NCBI GenBank assembly: GCA_038087875.1 | Contig: JAXLNO010000185.1 | Span: 1-35,799, forward strand | Length of the DNA: 35,799 nt | Direction: 5' to 3' | DNA from: Malacoraja senta | Taxonomy: Eukaryota | In this document: piece after piece, positions 32,798 through 35,799 of the stretch | How the letters are laid out: every line of letters begins with the position of its first letter | Numbering within the stretch: the first letter of the stretch is position 1 | Translations under genes and position numbers: made by a program | The notes under the pieces: model-generated | The model's input: the letters and a program-made list of their open reading frames with translations, nothing else | What the model was told of the DNA's origin: nothing | Databases searched by the model: none

Positions 32798-32933
32798 ATG
32801 GAAGACCTGCATTTCCCGGAGATCAAACGCAGGAAGTTGCAAGAGAGCAAAGAGAAAGACAAGAAAGAATTCAGGGATCTCTTTGACTCTGACAGCAGCT
32901 CTGATGATGAAAGCTGTGGCTTTAAATCTAAAG
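32798..32933 (+). CDS. NOC2L: NOC2L internal coding exon (136 nt, phase 0/1)
   Basis: Acceptor gtgcctctctccAG, donor GTAGGT. Translates MEDLHFPEIKRRKLQESKEKDKKEFRDLFDSDSSSDDESCGFKSK(G), with a basic KRRK motif followed by an acidic/Ser tract as in the NOC2L C-terminus. Confidence 0.94.
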
Positions 32934-33090
32934 GTAGGTTTTGAAAATATTCCACCGAGAGGGGAGACGGGGTGTGAAGGAGAGATGTTGTTAGTAGCTG
33001 CAACCTCGGCCGGGGGGGGGGGGGGGGTGGCTGGAGATGTGGACACCGAGAGCTGTACACAATCACAATACTTACAGGCTGTGGGAATAA

Positions 33091-33300
33091 ATGAGACCAT
33101 TCAGCCCTACTCCGTCCTGTACTATCTTATCCACTTCCACCTCAATGTGTTGATGTTTCTTGACCAAACAACCATCAGCAATAAATTAGTTTTTTTTTAA
33201 TGGGACCATTCAGCCCTACTCTGTCCTGTACTATCTTATCCACTTCCCCCTCAATGTGTTGATGTTACTTGTTCAAAATCATCATTAGTATCAATAAATG
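33091..33300 (+). repeat. 109-bp tandem duplication
   Basis: atg(a/g)gaccattcagccctact...cctcaatgtgttgatgtt starts at 33091 and at 33200; each copy carries AATAAA near its end. Confidence 0.92.
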
Positions 33301-33526
33301 AAAAAATGTTTTAAGTTGCCAGAAATCTGAAACAGAACTAGAACATGCAGGAAAGACTCAGCATTGGGCAGGCTGAAGGGTCCTCAAGGTAAAACGTTGA
33401 CTGTTTCCCTTTCCAAAGATGCTGCCTGACCTGCTGAATATCTCCCGCATTTTCCATTTTTTGCCAGCACTAACTGGGCGATTCCCATTTGCCAGCATTT
33501 GGCCCATAGCCCTCTAAACCCTTCCT

Positions 33527-33660
33527 GTCTGAAGAAGAGTCTCGACCGAAAACATCGGCCATTTAAGTCTGAAGAAGGGTCTCGACCCAAAACATCACAC
33601 ATTCCTTCTCTCCAGAGATGCTGCCTGTCCCGCTGAGTCACTCCAGCATTTTGTGTCTAC
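33527..33660 (+). mobile_element. PLE unit with tandemly duplicated hammerhead segment
   Basis: CTGAAGA boxes at 33529 and 33569; flanking CCTTCCTG repeat at 33520-33527 and 33660-33667. Confidence 0.78.
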
Positions 33661-33784
33661 CTTCCTGGCCAAATGTCTTTTTAAAGTCGTAATTAAATCT
33701 GCTGTAAAATATTTGTAATAATCTTTCTGCCCCTCCAGCATAATCTGAACAGACTCCTAAGTTTACTTATCTCTTTTTATAGGG

Positions 33785-34539
33785 GGGCACCAGTAAATGG
33801 AGAAATAGGGGTGGGCACCAGTAAATGGGGAATTAGGGGAGGGCACCCGTAAATACAAGGTTAATTCCGGGATGGCAGGACTGTCATATGCTGAGAGAAT
33901 GGAGCAGCTGAGCTTGTACACTCTGGAGTTTAGAAGGATGAGAGGGAATCTTATTGAAACATATAAGATTGTTAAGGGTTTGGACACGCTAGAGGCAGGA
34001 AACATGTTCCTGATGTTGGGGAGTCCAGAACCAGGGGCCACAGTTTAAGAATAAGGGGTAAGCCATTTAGAACAGAGATGAGGGAACTTTTTCTCACAGA
34101 GAGTTGTGAGTCTGTGGAATTCTCTGCCTCAGTGGGCGGTGGAGGCCAGTTCTCTGGATACTTTCAAGAGAGAGCTAGATAGGGCTTTTAAAGAAAGCGG
34201 TCAGGGGATATGGGGAGAAGGCAGGAACGGGGTACTGATTGGGGATGATCAGCCATGATCACATTGAATGGCGGTGCTGGCTCGAAGGGCCGAATGGCCT
34301 ACTGCACCTATTGTATATTGTCTATTATCTTTTGTAAATGACAATAAGGGGAGGGCACCCGTAAATGGGGAATTAGAGGAGGGCACCAGTAAATGGGGAA
34401 TTAGAGTAGGGCACCAGTAAATGGGGAATTAGAGTAGGGCACTAGTAAATGGGGAATTAGAGTAGGGCACTGGTAAATCGGGAATTAGAGTAGGGCACTA
34501 GTAAATGGGGAATTAGGGGAGGGCACCAGTAAATGGGGA
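33785..34539 (+). repeat. 28-bp G-rich minisatellite interrupted by a CR1 insertion
   Basis: Unit GGGCACCAGTAAATGGGGAATTAGAGTA: 2.5 copies at 33785-33854 and about 6.7 copies at 34353-34539. Confidence 0.92.
33855..34327 (+). mobile_element. CR1 3' end, near-identical to 1205-1664
   Basis: acaaggttaattccgggatgg...gctagaggcaggaaacatgttc...ctattgtatattgtctatt. Confidence 0.92.
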
Positions 34540-35142
34540 CAGTAGTGAAGGTGAAAGGATTGCGATGTTCTGTTAATAGGATTGGTGTAAATGGGATTGA
34601 GAGGAGAAGCAGGTGTATGTAGCATGAGAACTGGCCAGTGTGGGGCAAATGTCCTGTCCGTAGTCTCAGAGCCATTCGGCCCTCCTTGTCCGTGTCGACC
34701 AAGCGGCTTTAATTGCCGATGAGAACACACATTCGCCGTAAGTGTTGTCTCCCTTTATTTGTGCAATTGTGCATTTTATTCGGGGAAAAGACAGCGCCAG
34801 TGCGTGGCGATTGTTTGAGTACTCTTCCCAGAGGAAGATCTACCATCATTTGATACAATTGCTCTACTCTTTTAAGTCGCTTTGCAACCTATAGATCTGG
34901 CACCATTTTGTTCAGTGTTCTAGTTAAATTCTGCTGTCCGATTCACGGCCAACTCATTTAGGACATTGGACTTTGTCCATGGAACTGACGCGTTACAATG
35001 CTGAGAACTATATTTTATACTCTATATCTTCATACCTATTGTAATTGGGGTTGACATGATTGTATTTATTAGTATTATCTGATCCGATTGAATAGCATGC
35101 AAAACAAAGCGTTTCACTGTACCTCAGTCCACGTGACAATAA

Positions 35143-35440
35143 TCCCGATGTTGGGGGAGTCCAGAACCAGGGGCCACAGTTTAATAATAAGGGGTAAGCC
35201 ATTTAGAACGGAGATGAGGAAAAACATTTTCACAGAGGGTTGTGAATCTGTGGATTTCTCTGCCTCAGAAGGCAGTGGAGGCCAATTCTCTGTATGCTTT
35301 CAAGAGAGAGTTGGATAAAGCTCTTAAAGATAGCGGAGTCAGGGAATATGGCAGGAACGGGGCACTGAGTGTGGATGATCACAGTGAATGGTGGTGCTGG
35401 CTCAAAGGGCCGAATGGTCTACTCCTGCATCTATTGTCTA
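35143..35440 (+). mobile_element. CR1 3' end
   Basis: PMLGESRTRGHSL (ORF 35088..35318) and CR1 tail. Confidence 0.85.
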
Positions 35441-35799
35441 ACATAAGCCTAAATTACCCATGAGTTTTGTAAAAATGAATGCTCCTAATTTTCCTAGCCT
35501 AAGGCAATTACCTCACCCAACTGGATAAGGAGGGCCTCTGAATCTTTCAGAGTGCAACGCCCACAGCTTGGCTTGCTGTCAAATCTGTAAGGGGATAGAA
35601 ATATTTCTCAACGTGTCTGGCATTCAGCAAGATTTTAAAACTGAATCATTAATTCTTTTTATTAAATATTGAAAAGAACTAAAAGCCTTCTTAACTAATT
35701 AAGAACATAAAACAAAGCATAAATAATTAAGGACAAGGGAACTTTCCTTCCTCAGAGTCCTGCCGTTCCGGTTGATAGCAGTAAGGACTGGGAGTCGGA

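Noticed and set aside
32700..33200. 166-aa ORF
   Set aside because: It overlaps the true NOC2L exon in a different frame and runs into intronic G-run and duplicated sequence.
34353..34539. 28-bp repeats as a CRISPR array
   Set aside because: Units are head to tail with no unique spacers, there are no cas genes, and the context is a eukaryotic intron.

Overview
Eukaryotic, repeat-dense DNA, most likely from a cartilaginous fish (skate/ray-like, judged from HE1-type V-SINEs and HER1/CR1-type LINEs). The only host gene I can support is NOC2L (nucleolar complex protein 2 homolog) on the + strand. Five consecutive internal coding exons are present (12278-12391, 15768-15869, 20893-21036, 25336-25449, 32798-32933), all with AG/GT boundaries and splicing in frame; the rest of the gene lies outside the window. 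The introns are a nested mosaic of about 18 tRNA-derived V-SINE copies, many CR1 3' fragments, Rex1/Babar 3' ends, two hAT-type and two PIF/Harbinger-type non-autonomous DNA transposons with clear TIRs and TSDs, two copies of a ~0.9-kb GC-rich non-coding retroelement, and several tandem repeats. The most notable signal is a ~100-nt repeat present in more than a dozen full or partial copies. It carries a minimal type-I hammerhead ribozyme core (CTGAAGA-A-GGGT-CTCG-ACCC-GAAA-CG-TC). One copy is attached to a Penelope GIY-YIG endonuclease remnant, and others occur alone with 8-16-bp target-site duplications, as head-to-head hairpins, or as a tandem pair. Nearly all ORFs in the supplied track are spurious or TE-derived. 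Exon, TIR and TSD coordinates were counted base by base; boundaries of decayed repeats are approximate.
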